Shown in pieces: positions 13,069 to 26,319 of a stretch of 64,000 nucleotides of DNA. The position numbers and the translations under genes were made by a program. Numbering within the stretch: the first letter of the stretch is position 1; each line of letters starts with the position of its first letter. The notes under the pieces are model-generated. The model was not told the origin of the DNA. It worked only from the letters and a program-made list of their open reading frames with translations, and ran no database searches. Source of the stretch: Azolla caroliniana (taxonomy: Eukaryota; Plantae; Polypodiophyta); the NCBI GenBank assembly GCA_043228905.1, contig JBHGNT010000013.1, forward strand, positions 4,402,001-4,466,000, in the 5' to 3' direction.

Positions 13069-15100
13069 TGTCGTGATGTGTGCTCGACTGTGGGAAAAAC
13101 CGGCAAAAGGGGGGGTCAAAATGTGCATATGTAATGTATGTGCACACAAAAGCAATTACTTGTGCACATGCAAAAGAAAAAGGAAAAGAAAGGGTGGAAA
13201 GGAGGTATAGAAGCTCAAGTAAAAACTAAGACAGAGGAGAGATAAAAAGTAGAGAGGAGACATGCTATGAATTTGTAGATATAGAATTATATAATATATA
13301 AGAGAGAGTTAATGGACTAGTGGATAGTCAAATTGGTTCAAATGTGGTCTTACAATGCAACGTGATTTAAGGAATTTTATTTCTTTTGCATCGAAGAAAA
13401 AATTGGTTACCCCCTTCCTTTTTTCCTATAAAAGGAGGTCGAGGGGGGCTCATTTGGAGGATGTTTTGGGAGGAGAAGACTATTGCCATTTTTCCTTTGG
13501 AGCTCTTCATCTTCTTCTTCACCATTTCTCTTCATCTCATACCCCTTCATCCCCTCATCGCCACGTGCTCTTCTTCTTCGTGTTGGCACTCGAAGTGCTT
13601 ATTTACGGTGCTCGTGAGCCCGAGCTTCGCTGGTTCGACGTTGCTTCGCCCCCGTTCGTCGTTAAGAGCCCGTGTGCTCACCGTTCGGGTGGTCGTGGTT
13701 CGTAGGGATCGGCATTTTTGTGGTGCTCGCGTGTTCATCTTCGTCGTGTTCTTGCTCCGTGTTCGGATTTGCTTTTTTCTCTAAGGGCATTTAGTATTTA
13801 TGTTTTGTTGAGCTTGTGGTTAACTAGAAGTTGCCACATTGTAATCAAACCCTATTTTATAAAGGGCCCTCTTGCGTTGGAATCGAACACATCTTTATTT
13901 CTTTAGCCAATATCATTCGTGTTTTTTCTTTCTTTCTTTCTTTGTTCTTGTCCCCTTGTACATCTGTCCATCTTGTGACGAGGAAGCGTTTCGGGCATGC
14001 CCATGCACATCTCCTCCTCATAAAGCCGTGCGAGCATTTGTGCATGTGTTTGTGTCTTCCTTGTACGTTCAACCGTCTTGTGATGAGGGAGCGTTTTGGG
14101 CATGCCCATGTACCTCTTGTCCTCAAAAAGGCGTACGAGAATTTGTGTGTGTGCTTGTTTCTTCCTTGTACGTTCGGTCGTCTTGTGACGAGGGAGCGTT
14201 TCGGGCATGCCCATGCACCTCTCGTCCTCATAAAGGCATACGAGCATTTTGTGTGTGTGTTTTTGTCTTCCTTGTACGTTCGGCCGTCTTGTAACAAGGG
14301 AGCATTTCGGGTGTGCCCATGCACCTCTCCTCCTCATAAAGGTGTACGAGCATTTTGTGCGTGTGTTTGTGTCTTCCTTGTACGTTTGGCCGTCTAGTGG
14401 CTACGGAGCCTTCCGGCTGTGCCCATGCACCTCTCGTCCTCATAAAGGCGTACGAGCATTTTGTGTGTGTGTTTTTGTCTTCCTTGTACGTTCGGCCGTC
14501 TTGTGACGAGGGAGCGTTTCGGGCATGCCCATGTACCTCTCCTCCTCAAAAATATGTACGAGCATTTGTGAGTGTGTTAGTGTCTTCCTTGTATGTTTGG
14601 CCATCTAGTGGCTACGGAGCCTTCCGGGTGTGCCCATGCACCTCTCCTCCTGATAAAGGCGTATGAGCATTTTGTGTGTGTGTTTGTGTCTTCCTTGTAA
14701 GTTCGGTCGTCTTGTGACGAGGGAGCATTTCGGGCATGCCCATGTACCTCTCCTCCTCAAAAATATGTACGAGCATTTGTGAGTGTGTTAGTGTCTTCCT
14801 TCTACGTTCGGTTGTCTTGTGACGAGGGATCATTCGGGCTTGCCCATGCATCTCTCCTCCTCATAAAGGCGTACGAGCATTTGTGCATGTCTTTTGTGTC
14901 TCCCTTGTACCTTCGGTCGTCATGTGACAAGGGAACGTTCGGGCGTGCCCATGTAACTCTCCTCCTCATAAAGACGTACATGCATTCGTTTTGTGTTATT
15001 GTCCCCTTGTGCTTTCATCTTGCGTGCTCATCTTTGCTTGTACCCGTTTGATCACTTGGCTTGTGCAGTGATCTCTAAAACTCAAGGAGTCTTGATCAAT
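13069..15100 (+). mobile_element. Gypsy 3' LTR containing a tandem array of about 118-bp units (about 13960-14990)
   Basis: Starts TGTCGTGA after the PPT; TATA-like CCTATAAAAGG near 13426; about nine units containing TTCGGGCATGCCCATGCACCTCTCCTC; truncated at the 3' end. Confidence 0.75.
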
Positions 15101-18100
15101 GAAAGCTACCAGCCCCACAAAAGGGGCAACAAGCCCTTGCTCGGGAAGGGGTCGGGAAGTAGTATTGTCATAAAGATAACATCCGGTCTCCTTTATCCCC
15201 TCGTACTCCCTAGTCCAAGACCCCCGTGGTCCCGCCCAAGTAACACACACGCGCGAAACTTCGGTTGTGGCGAACAACCGGTCTATTTGCAGGCTTTCTT
15301 CTTCCTCCATCCAGTTCACAACTCCCGACACCTGCTCCCCTAGCCATCTCAACCATTGATTACAGGTGTCGTGTTGTCTCAACGGCACCGACTCCGGCAT
15401 TGGCTCCTGCTTTGGATCTTTCCCTTGCAGCGCTTGCACATCCAGTTTCGGAAGCCATATCTTGTCTGATTGCGCCTGCCGACCCAGTGAGATATGTTCT
15501 GTCGTATCCGGTTCTTGCAGAACCGGTGCCACCATTTCTTGTCATATAGACACAGTTTTCGACGTTGTGTCCTCTACCGCCGAGCGGGGAATCGGGCTCC
15601 TTTCCAGATCTGGGCCCAATCCGTCCCCTTGCTACTCCTTGTCGTGCCTTCTGCCAACGTTTGAGGGTTTCAATGAGTTCCTCCACCGCGTCTTCCTCGG
15701 CGGTTTCGTGATTGATTCATTGGGCCAAGGTGTCCATCTCCCTGTCCTACCGGCTCAATTTGATCTTGATGGGCTTGGCTAGCTTTTGCACCGACTTTTC
15801 TACCGGCACAACAACTTTCTCCACCGACTCTTTCTGGTCTGACTACTCCGTTTCCTATTGAGACGAGCCACCTTCTGTCCAACCGGGGGTGTGCTTGGCA
15901 AGGAGCTGTTGCCGTTTCGTCGTTTTATTCGGCGTTGTTTCTGTCGATCGGCCCCGTTTCCTTGCTTGAATGGCTAGTGGCAGTGATACCAACAGGGATA
16001 GCCATTGTGCCACTGCGGTCGAGGCCTTCTTCCCATCCTCAATCGAGTGAATGGTAGCCTGCAAGGAATCTGTCACAATGATAAAACCGGCTTTGTTTTT
16101 AGGCATAGTCGATAGGTGAGGATGCACAAATCCGTATTCGATTAACACCCATGCCACCTCCCGAAATAGAGGGTCATCGTCGCCTTGTGTGCGGTATGCT
16201 TTGCTAGCTATGGAGTACTCGCTAAAGTACTCCGTTAGTGTCTCAGTGGAGGGGTTCTCGATGGAGCAGAGGTCTCCTGCCGGTAGGCCGGTAAGGGCCT
16301 GCACTATGCCTTATGTGATCTCCTCGAGGTCAATCTGTAATGCGACCTTCTCGGTTCTTCATGCGGTGGTGCATCTGTTATCCAGAGGAATCCCTCCAAT
16401 TCGTATCTGCTGAGCCAAGCTTTCGCCATGTCGGATAGAGCCATTGGTCTCGTGTCTTCTTCTTTGCTTTCGTTGCTCTGATGGAGTTCCTTTCTGCTGG
16501 TGCTCGCTTGTGCTCTTTTGAAAACCTGTAAACACCTCTGCTCACTAAATATCCTATTTTCACAAAATGACAATGCCTCTGTTAACCGGATGTTTTGTGC
16601 CCCCATTCTGTCCAACCGCCTTAACTTGATTCCCGTGCATCCACATCGTGTACCATAATAGTATGTGGACGCCACATGATGCGCTCTAAATGGCTGTTGT
16701 CACATCTTTTCATGGTGGCCGTTCATAATTCACGTCTTTTTTTTTGTTTTTGTTCTTTTAAACTTTAACTAGCTACTAGTCCGTCATAGCCGAAGGTACC
16801 GGCTCCATTGTCGGCGTAGGTTCCACAGTTACTTCTTCCCTGCCGGGCCCCGGTTGCTCGAACGGATTCTTTGGCATTGGTACATGGTATAGTTTTAACC
16901 GGAAACTGTTCACCCACTTGTCCAACACATCGCCGGCTAGCGTGCCCAGTTGGTACGAGCCCTTGAATTCTCTTGTTATCCAATAGGGCCCTGTCCACCG
17001 GAACCATAGCTTTCCCTGCATTTTGCCCATCCGGGTCTGGAATACTAAGACCGGCTTGCCGATCCCAAAGTCCTTCTCGTTCCCCCGTTTGTGCCAGTCC
17101 ACGAAAGCTTTTCTTCGTTGTTGCTCAAGTTCTAATTGTAAGATACTTGCTATCTGGTGCTCTTCCAACTTGCACAGCACTGCTAGGCGGATTTTCTCTT
17201 ATTCTTTTTTGCTTAACCGTTCCCGAACCTGTATCCTTAAGCTGGGAATTTGGAATTCCATCGGCATTACCACTTCCAACACGAACGTGAACCGGAAGGG
17301 TGTTGTCCGAATACTCGTTTTCTACGCCATTCGGTATGCCCATAGCGCGCTTTGTAACTTTGTGTCCCAATCGGTCCGGTTTTCATTGACGATCTTCTCG
17401 AGAATATTCTATAGTGTCTTCTTGGTGGATTCCGCCAGCCCGTTGCCTTGTGGATAGTCCGGCATGCTCCGTTTATGCACAACCACGTAGAATGTTGTCA
17501 AGCTTTCCACTATCTGGTCGAGGAAAAGACCACCCCGATCACTAATAAGGTCGATCAGGCAACCGTATCTGCACCAAATGTATTCATATAAAACTTTTGT
17601 TGTCGATGCGGCGGTGTTGTCTCACAAAGCTTTGGCTTCTACCCACTTTGTATAGTAATCGATCACGACAATAATATACCGGTTGCCGGTTCGCATTGCC
17701 GACGGCTTGAATGGTCCTACAAAATCCAAACCCCATTTCTGAAAAGGATCCAATGGCAAGACCGGTTGGTGCGGTATCCGTGCTTGTTCTGTGGGTTGGC
17801 CCAACTGTTGACAGAGATCACATTCCTTTGCATACTGGATCGCATCTATCAAGGTTGTCGGCCACCATAATCCACTTCTCCAAATTTTTCCTGTTGTAGT
17901 TTCCCCGACATAGTGGCCTCCCGCCACTCCGGAATGGGCTTCCCATAGGATTACATCCTTTTCGTTGCTCCAGACCGCGCGTTGCCATATTCTGTGGGCT
18001 CCCTTGTGGTACAACGTGTCCTGTAATACACAAAAATCACGGCTTTGGACTACCCACCATTTCCATTCATCCCGGTTCAATTCGTCAGGAAGGAATCTGG

Positions 18101-21100
18101 TGCTCAGGAATTGCTGCATGTTAGTGAGCCATTTATCGTCACCGGCCACAGTTTCGTCTACTGTGTTTTCCGCGGTCACCCTAAGTAGTTGTGCATCCGG
18201 AAACTCGTCCCGGACTCCATCTCATCCTTCACCAGACTCTAACCGGCTCAAATAGTCGACCACTGCATGTTGCACTCCCGGCCCTTGGTATATCTCAAAT
18301 TCAAACTCCTATAGGAACAATGTCCACCATGCTAGTTTCCCGGTTAAGGTTGCTTTCGAGACCAAGTATAGTAGTGCCACATGATCCACATGGAATGAAA
18401 AATTTCATCCTAGCAGGTAATGGTGGTACTTTGTTACACTATAGATCATCCCAGGGATTCTCTCTCTGTCGTAGACTAGTTTCGTTCGGCCTTCGAGAGT
18501 TTTCGGCTGACATAGTATACCAGCCGGTACCACCTAGGTTCAGAAAGCTACATGAGAACGCTACTGATTGCTACATCAGACGCGTCCATCAACACATGAA
18601 AATCCTTGGTCCAATCTGTAGGTTGCACAACCAGAGCCTATGACAACATCACCTTCAATGCGTGGTATGCCTTATCTTCTTACCCCGTCCATTGGAATGG
18701 AATTCGGTGTACGACCGCATGTAATGGGGTGGCGAAGTTAGCCAAATACCGGAGCATCCAGTTGTGCCATCGGATCTGTCCAAAATACCGACTTAACGCT
18801 TTGGCATTTTCCGGGGCCGAAGGTTCCAAGATGGCCTTTACTTTATCCAGGTCGACTGCAATTCTTTCCCTACTCACCATCTGAACTAGTACTGTCCCAC
18901 TCGTTACTCCAAAAACACAATTTGCTGGGTTTTGGCTCAGCCGGGACCCTCGACACTTTTCTAGACACATTCGGAGATGGTCCACGTGTTCTCCCTTCCG
19001 GCTATAGATTGTGAAATCATCTAGAAACACCAGCATAAAGGCCGGAATGTATTCCCCAAATATTTCCATAATGATCCATTGGAACGTTGCCGGTGTCGTC
19101 TTGAGTCCGAACATCATCAGCACCGTGACGAACACTCCCCATTTAGTAACAAATGTTGTTTTTTCCTAATCTACGGGGTGCATCCAGATCTGATTGTATC
19201 CGCTAAATCCATCGAGAAAACTGTACATCTCATGACCGGGTACTGCGTCTAAGACCCCATCCGTAAATGGTTGCGGAAACCCGTCCGTCATTGTAGCCGC
19301 ATTTAACTTCGGTAGTCGACAGTCCCGTATCTTTCCGTTTTTCTTGGGTACAACCACGATTGAGCTTAGCCATGTCTCTTGTTTCACCCGTCGGATAAAA
19401 CCACTCTAAGCAGCTTATCGATTTCTTCTTTAACTTTCGTCACATCGTTCGGATTCATCTGGTATCGTCGCTGGGCTACCAGCTTTGCATCCTTGTTTAG
19501 ATGGATCTGATGTTGGTACAATTGGGGTGTAATCCTCGCATGTCTTCATATGACCAAACAAATACATCCCGAAACTCTTTAAGTAATTCCACCATTCCAA
19601 ATTTTTCTGCTGGTGGCCTTTCTTTCGCGACGTTTACTAGTTTCGGTGCTTCACCGGTCCCAAGGTTTACCTCCTCTGACTGGGATGCCTTCACTCGTTG
19701 TGAGACCACCATTTCCTGTTCCAAAGATTCCTAGGCTTGTCGTAGTTCCCGGATTGCCTCCAGATCCGGCTCATCCCCGACTTCTTCCGGGTGCACTATA
19801 TACAGGGCAACGGGCCCAACAACATCTACTTCAAATAGTGGCACTATCTTTGAATGCTCATTGAGGTACCGGTCCATGTCCTCCTCCGCTAGTCCCTCCA
19901 GCATATTAATGCTTTCGGCATACAGGGGCATTAGCTTCTTACGTGTGCTCGTGCGTGGTTGTGTTGGCATTCATACTTTTGTCTTGCCCCTTCAAAGGGT
20001 AATGATATTTTTCTACCAGTTTTGCTTGATATGTGCCGTCCGCAGCCATGGTCGTCCTAACAGCAAGGGATATGTCCCTTGTGCGTTTAGTTGTAGGACC
20101 ACTGCGGATATCCGGAATGCATGTCCTTTGATTGTAATTTCTAATTCCCGGATTAGTCCGGTTGGCCAAACCAAACTTGTATCCGCCATCCGTAACCAGA
20201 ATGGGCATGGTTCCCATTCCCGGATACCTAGGGTATCACATAAGTGTTGAATAATCACGTTCATGCCGGATCCACTGTCCACCACTGTTTTGGTATTTCT
20301 TTGCCTTTAAAGATTGTCGTAATGGTTGGGCTACTAGTGTCGACCACTGCCGGTCCTTCCTCCGGATTGGAGAAAAATGTTGGTGTTGGCTCGGTGTTTT
20401 GTGGTGCTACCACCGATTTCAACCTTCCGTAAATTGGGGAACTAATTGCAATAACTATCTTAGTGGTAGAATAATTTGACATTCTTGTAACGCTTGCCAG
20501 GAGTTTGATCTGCTCACGCAAGTCGGCCATGTTCTGTTCATTGGCCTTCTATACCTATTCGGTGGCCTGTTTCCGAACGGCCTCTTGAGTCTCCCACTCT
20601 ATAGTTTTGGCCTTCAATCTGGTTGTAACTTGTTGCGCATTGGTAACTTCTGCAGCAACCATATTGACGGCTAGTTGCTTTCCATTTGTCTTAGTCGGAC
20701 ATTGGCTGCTATAGTGACCTTCCTTCCAGCAGTATAGCAATAAACCCTCTGGTTACTACTTGATTCTCCTTTCTCCATTGTTCCCTGCTTACTTCCGGAA
20801 TTCATCCGGTTGGTTTCGTCCAGCCTACGTTGCTCTGGTTGTGGAACTGGGATGGTCGTTTTTGTATTCATCTCCCTTCGGTATTCCTTGGCCGGTTCCC
20901 AACGTCATTCTTTCCCTTCCGGTTGTGGCAGTGGTGGTTCCAGTTCCCTAGACATTCTGAGTACCTTCTATCCTGATCGGGGTACTCCCGTCATTCTGAG
21001 TATCATCTCTCGTCTCTTCTACAGTCATAATCTAGGGAATAGTCGCGATCGTAACGCTCTCGATTGTAGTCTCCTCCTCGCCATACCTATAGTTGTCCCT

Positions 21101-21110
21101 GAAACCTATT
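15100..21110 (-). mobile_element. Degenerate non-chromovirus Ty3/gypsy internal region (gag-PR-RT-RH-INT plus downstream extra ORF)
   Basis: CWKEGHYSSQC knuckle near 20700; VDSGSGMN protease; FLDGFSGYNQI and VFLDDF in RT; KWGLDFVGP integrase; many stops; no LTRs recognised. Confidence 0.88.
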
Positions 21111-22716
21111 GCACGAAATGGATTATAAATAGAACGTCAACAAAATATCTCTCTCCCACTCTCAAAAAAGAAGATCTTACTTTATGCATAAGAAGAAGAT
21201 GATGGACAAGTTGTCATAATGAGTGAGGGTGTCACTTATAAATAGATATCACATCAAAGTATTACTTAACTCATTTATTTATTTCCATTTGAATTGGAGA
21301 GCATATATATGAGTTATTCATGGAATATACTTAGAAATGCAAACTCTTATTAATTTAATTTCCACATAGAAGCGAAGACTATGCTAAAGTTATATTATAA
21401 AAGGGTATTTAGATTATGGTTTACGCATGACATAGACTTTAAGAAAATTCATACCGTATATTACAAATTCGATTTAAAATCCTTGAGTTGTGGATAATAT
21501 ATTCGACTTCATTTCAACTCTAATTTTTTTGTATTTCTCCAAATGCCCTCAATTAACCCTCAATAGAGAGGAAAGGGAATGAATCGACTATATCATTACT
21601 CAAATAATATAAGGAACAACTTTGGGAGGGGGTTTACAAAGGGACATTTAAGGAAATTGCAAACATTTAGGAAATAAAGGAAAATTATATATTACCAAAA
21701 TACACAATGATGAAAATTGAAGTTTTGGTACATCATCACTCTGTTACAATCATGTTCACCATCAAGTGTTGATTACACATATAATTAAGAATGTGCATAC
21801 ACTGATATTGTACAAAAGAAGAAAATAGGTTACCTTGTACTATAATTGATAGTTATGGGGAGAAGGACATTGACCATGTGGTAAGGCTTGTGTAGAGGCC
21901 ATCAACACAAAGTTACAAAATGGGAAAGGAACTATTCAAATCATGTGACATCCAAATTATTACTCAAAATCATGTATATACTTGCTATAAGTATAACTTT
22001 AAGTACCAATTCTAAAGCTAATTTCAATGGTTTAAGGGTAGGATAACGGGGATGCTATGATATTGAATGTTACGAATTGAAGAATTCATGACAAGTAATG
22101 AGCATTTAGATTAAGAGAAGAATGGTTTAAGGGTGGTTAATCACACTGGCACCCTGATCGAAGGACAAGAAGTGAACATAAAACACAATTGATGCCCCAT
22201 ACCACTAAATATTTTACCTTATGTTCTACATTGAAAGGAAAGGGAAGATGAACAAATTAAATAGAAGAGAGATTTGTCCCACCAATCAAGATGCTATTGA
22301 GAATCTAGTCCCTCCGAATGGGATGGAGAGCCAGTCGAACCGGCCTAAAAATGATCGAACACGTTCGCGTTCACAAGTGGAAGGATCGCGCATAAATGGA
22401 AGGATAAGGGTAATTTTAGGGGTTTTTCAATGATTTTACAAAACACATTGATACCAGTATCATACAAGTTCAAACATACTATGAAAAAGGTTAAAAATCC
22501 ACTATTTCCGTGATTTAGAAGTAACTAAAAAAAGACGAATTTCAAAAACGTACATTCTCAATTTATATCACAAACTTTACAACCAATGTTATTTTATAAG
22601 AAACGATTTTTGGGAAATCATAAGAATTCAAAACACATGATTTTATATTACTCGATTTGTTACAAGCGGAATGTAGTTACACTTAATAACCAAATATACA
22701 TTCATGATAGAGTCCT

Positions 22717-25497
22717 TTACGGAGAATCACTACTATAACTAATATACAATGACGATTCCTCCTCATCATCCTCGGATGTACCAATCAGTGCATTATCTTC
22801 GTCATAAACCAAATGGTTTGACTCTAGATTATATGTAGCAGATCTCGTTTGCCTTTGACTCGAGCCACCTTGTAGACCTGGTAATTTTTCTTTTATTATA
22901 TCTATTGTTGACTTCCTTAATCGTCCGGCTTTTGTAAGTGTGAAGTCGTACACGATGATATCCACATCAGAGATATCAAGGGTCGAGGTGTTACGAATGT
23001 TTCGCTTCCTCTTCCTACCTCCCCTTCTTGTTTGGCATTCAATCATCTCCAATGTATACTTACCTGTAAAAGCATTTGCACTTCTAGTGTTGTACCAATG
23101 AACATTTATAGACTTGATCGTGTTTTCTATTTCATGCATTAGCACTTCTAGAATTTTACCAACCCAAAATTGGTGGCCATGTGAGTTCTCATCAGCCGGC
23201 GTTGCAATCAACATCCCCGCGGTGAGCTCTTGCAAATTTCCTTGCCATCTAGCTTCGGCTGCTTTGGTCATCCTTGGTCCCACATAAATGTCTCTTTGTT
23301 GTGGATGGACCAAGCTGTCATTAATCGCATTTACTAGTCGCTTCGGACTTCTATTTACGCGATCATGTTGCAGCGACCATGTGAATGGCGTTTCCAAATT
23401 CCAATTATCAACAGATACACAATTGTCTATAATTTCTTTCTGATCACTATAAAATACATCCCACCATGACGTGTCTTGTTGTGCGGCATATTTCTTGGCG
23501 GCCTCAATATGCTTTCTTTTTTCTTCTAAGGCTTGGAGCCATGACCGTTTTTGTTCTGATACCAAGTCGCTCTGCAACTGTCCTTTCTTCTCAATTGGCA
23601 TTTGCTTAGCTCCATGGACAATTGTACTCGGCATACAAAGTAATAACAGGCAACCACCTTCAGGTTCCCATGTTGTAGAAGATGAATATTGTTTAGCATA
23701 CAAAAGTGTAGAACCACTTATTCCATTTTTCTTTATCAAAAAAATGTGATTGAAACTTATATTGTTTAACTGAGCAAGCACTTTAACATTCCCACCACCC
23801 CCATCTAATATATATCTCTTAAAGTCATATACCTCCTTCAAGTGTAACACTTTTGGGCGTGGTGTATATGCATCACAAATGACATCAAATAGTTTAGGTA
23901 AAGTGAAAGCATCATGTCGAGACAACTATCTGGAGAATGTGCTAAACATCTGATCTATATGGTCATGTGTGTGGCCAACCAAAAGGAAATTGACTTTCAC
24001 TTTCCTAAACAATTCTAGGTTGACCAACATACTTAGATAGCCAAATACAGTTGAATTTTTGTTCTCTCTAGCAGTATTGTCCAATTGAATGTATAGAACA
24101 GGGGGGAAAGGTTGTCCCCAAGACATCAAAACTCGGTGAATCACTGTAACTGTTAGGTTAGGGTCATTGTGAACATTGGGGTAAGTAATGAAGACGTAAG
24201 GTCGAACAGACCTATTATAAGCCAAGCATCCCACCAAGTGCATTTGAACAAGGCACTCATCATTGACATCTTTGGGGAGCCTCCGCATATGCGGCAAGCA
24301 TGTCTTCTTCTGGTCCATGCCATCTATCATTAAGCACATGTATTGTTCAGGCCTCTTCAAACACTTCTCTCTATGATGCATCGCCTTCCTTCGTTCTAAG
24401 GATTGTGCCTCACGATGCTCTTGTAGTAACTTCTTACTCGTATCCTTTTCCATTGATGTCTTTGCACCTTTAGCCAAACTTTTAAGATTTGCACAAATGG
24501 AGCAATACCCCATACGTACTTTACGAGGAATAATAACATTTGAAAACCGAGCTCTCCATAATCTTGTGAATTGGCTATAGGTGATAGACTTATTACGTGA
24601 GCCCAGCATTTCAGATCGATAGACATCATAAACTTCCCGACGGGTATAATTATCAGAAAGATGCATCCTCCCTGTAGTGGGCATTACTTCACAATTTAAC
24701 TGAAAGTAAGTTTTCATCCAGCCAATAGCTAGTCTTCCAATTGCACCTTTCATACTTGGAACCTCTTTACAATTGAGCATCTGATCCCCGCTAAGTAGAC
24801 GTTGTTGTACTCTATGTAGCCGCATGTTACTAACACATAACGCAATTTTGAATGCAACTCTACATATCTGTTGCGCATGGAAGATATAATACTCGAATGA
24901 TACTTTGATCCCCGTACATTTGTCAGATACTAGCTGCATATGTGATCCGAGGTAAGTGTCTTGCTCATCACCGGTCATCGAAAAATAGTATCGCCTTAAT
25001 TCTCGCAACTTTGATTTTCCAATCATAGACATACAACCACGGGCACAACATATTTTGTTGACATCAAATCCAATCTGTTTATCTGATGTCACCAAGCTAA
25101 ATCTAGCCAGACGAATTCTTCGTGGGATTCTTCTAATATGCATAGGGCTCCCAGATTTCTCTTCCTGCATAGAGGTTGGTGTAACCTTGTTACAGTCTAA
25201 TTCTCTGTTCTGACCATCGCCAATGTTATTCAATGTTTCCTGGGCACTTCCTTCATTCTCGGTATCTTTATTAATATCGTATTCTTCAATAGAGAACTCT
25301 TCACATGTGTCATTATTTACATTCCCTGTAGATGAGCTCAGACAATATTCTTCGATAGAATATGGTGAGTCGGTCGAAAGACAATATTCTTCAATCGAAT
25401 ATGGTGACTCTGTTGACAAACAATACTCTTCAGTAGAAAACGATGGGTCTGATGACAAACAATATTCTTCAATCGAGAACGGTGAATCTTCACTCAT
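22717..25497 (-). pseudogene. DDD/E transposase (Sola/DUF7869-like), 926 codons, with one in-frame TAG at 23926-23928
   Basis: Two abutting in-frame ORFs (523 aa and 402 aa). Motifs CSIC, IDGMDQKKT, LYIQLDNTARENKN and FLLVGHTHDHIDQMFS. Lies between the TIRs. Superfamily assignment is from recalled motifs plus the 4-bp TSD. Confidence 0.8.
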
Positions 25498-26168
25498 GGC
25501 TTAAGGTCTAGATAGGGCTCTCTAAGTTATACTCCTCTCTAAACATGTACTCCTCCCTAAACATAAACTTCTCTCTAAACAAAAGCCAAATCAATAGAAT
25601 GTCTATATTATGTAATATTCTATTAATACAATACATCTAAAAATTATTTTTAATAAAGTAATTTTACTTAAATTATCAAACATTATATAAACTAGATCTA
25701 AATGATATTAAATCAAGTAAAATATAAAACTAATCATTAACAAGCCTTGAATATGTTGGATTAATGTTAAAATCATTGGCTAATTAATGGCACCCATTTT
25801 GATATAGAACGTCTCACGCATTGGTTCTTTAATGCTCACCATTTTAAATATTAGACTTATCAATCATTGGTTAATTCATGCCCACATCTTTAATACATAA
25901 CATTTGAGAGTCATAAAAATTGTTGCTTTTAGTAACCAATCATTGGTACATTCATGAACCTCTATCATTGTCTCCTTCATAACCTTTGAAGTCATTGTAG
26001 GTTGTTATGACTATAAAAGATTGATCAATATGTTAGTTTGACTTTGTAATCATTAATACAATCATAAGTTACTCTAGTTAATGTGACTATGGTTACCAAC
26101 TAACTATCCTCAAAGTTACCAACATTGGTTAAGGTGACTATGGTTACTTTAACCATGTGTTCAATCCC

Positions 26169-26176
26169 TATAAATA
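26169..26176 (+). promoter_or_regulatory. TATA box of the ParB-MTase gene
   Basis: CCTATAAATAGG, about 150 bp upstream of the ATG at 26320. Confidence 0.55.
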
Positions 26177-26201
26177 GGAAGACCTCATCATATTTCACTC
26201 A

Positions 26202-26281
26202 CCAGAGCGTACAGAGCGTACAGAGCACACAGAACGTAGAGAGCACACAGAGCACACAAAGCACTCAGAGCACAAAGCACG
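26202..26281 (+). repeat. 9-bp tandem repeat (CAGAGCACA/CAGAGCGTA) in the putative 5' UTR
   Basis: About 9 degenerate units seen directly. Confidence 0.8.
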
Positions 26282-26319
26282 AAAGCGCGATCTCCGCCTC
26301 CACTTCAACACGATCAACC

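Noticed and set aside
13831-15051. Cys/His-rich repeat proteins (also 9299-10222)
   Set aside because: Overlapping ORFs on both strands produced by a non-coding LTR tandem array.
21110-22290. Host gene left of the transposon
   Set aside because: AT-rich sequence with no convincing ORF or exon chain.
22717-25497. Two separate genes
   Set aside because: The ORFs abut in the same frame, separated by one TAG, and the downstream ORF has no ATG start at the junction.
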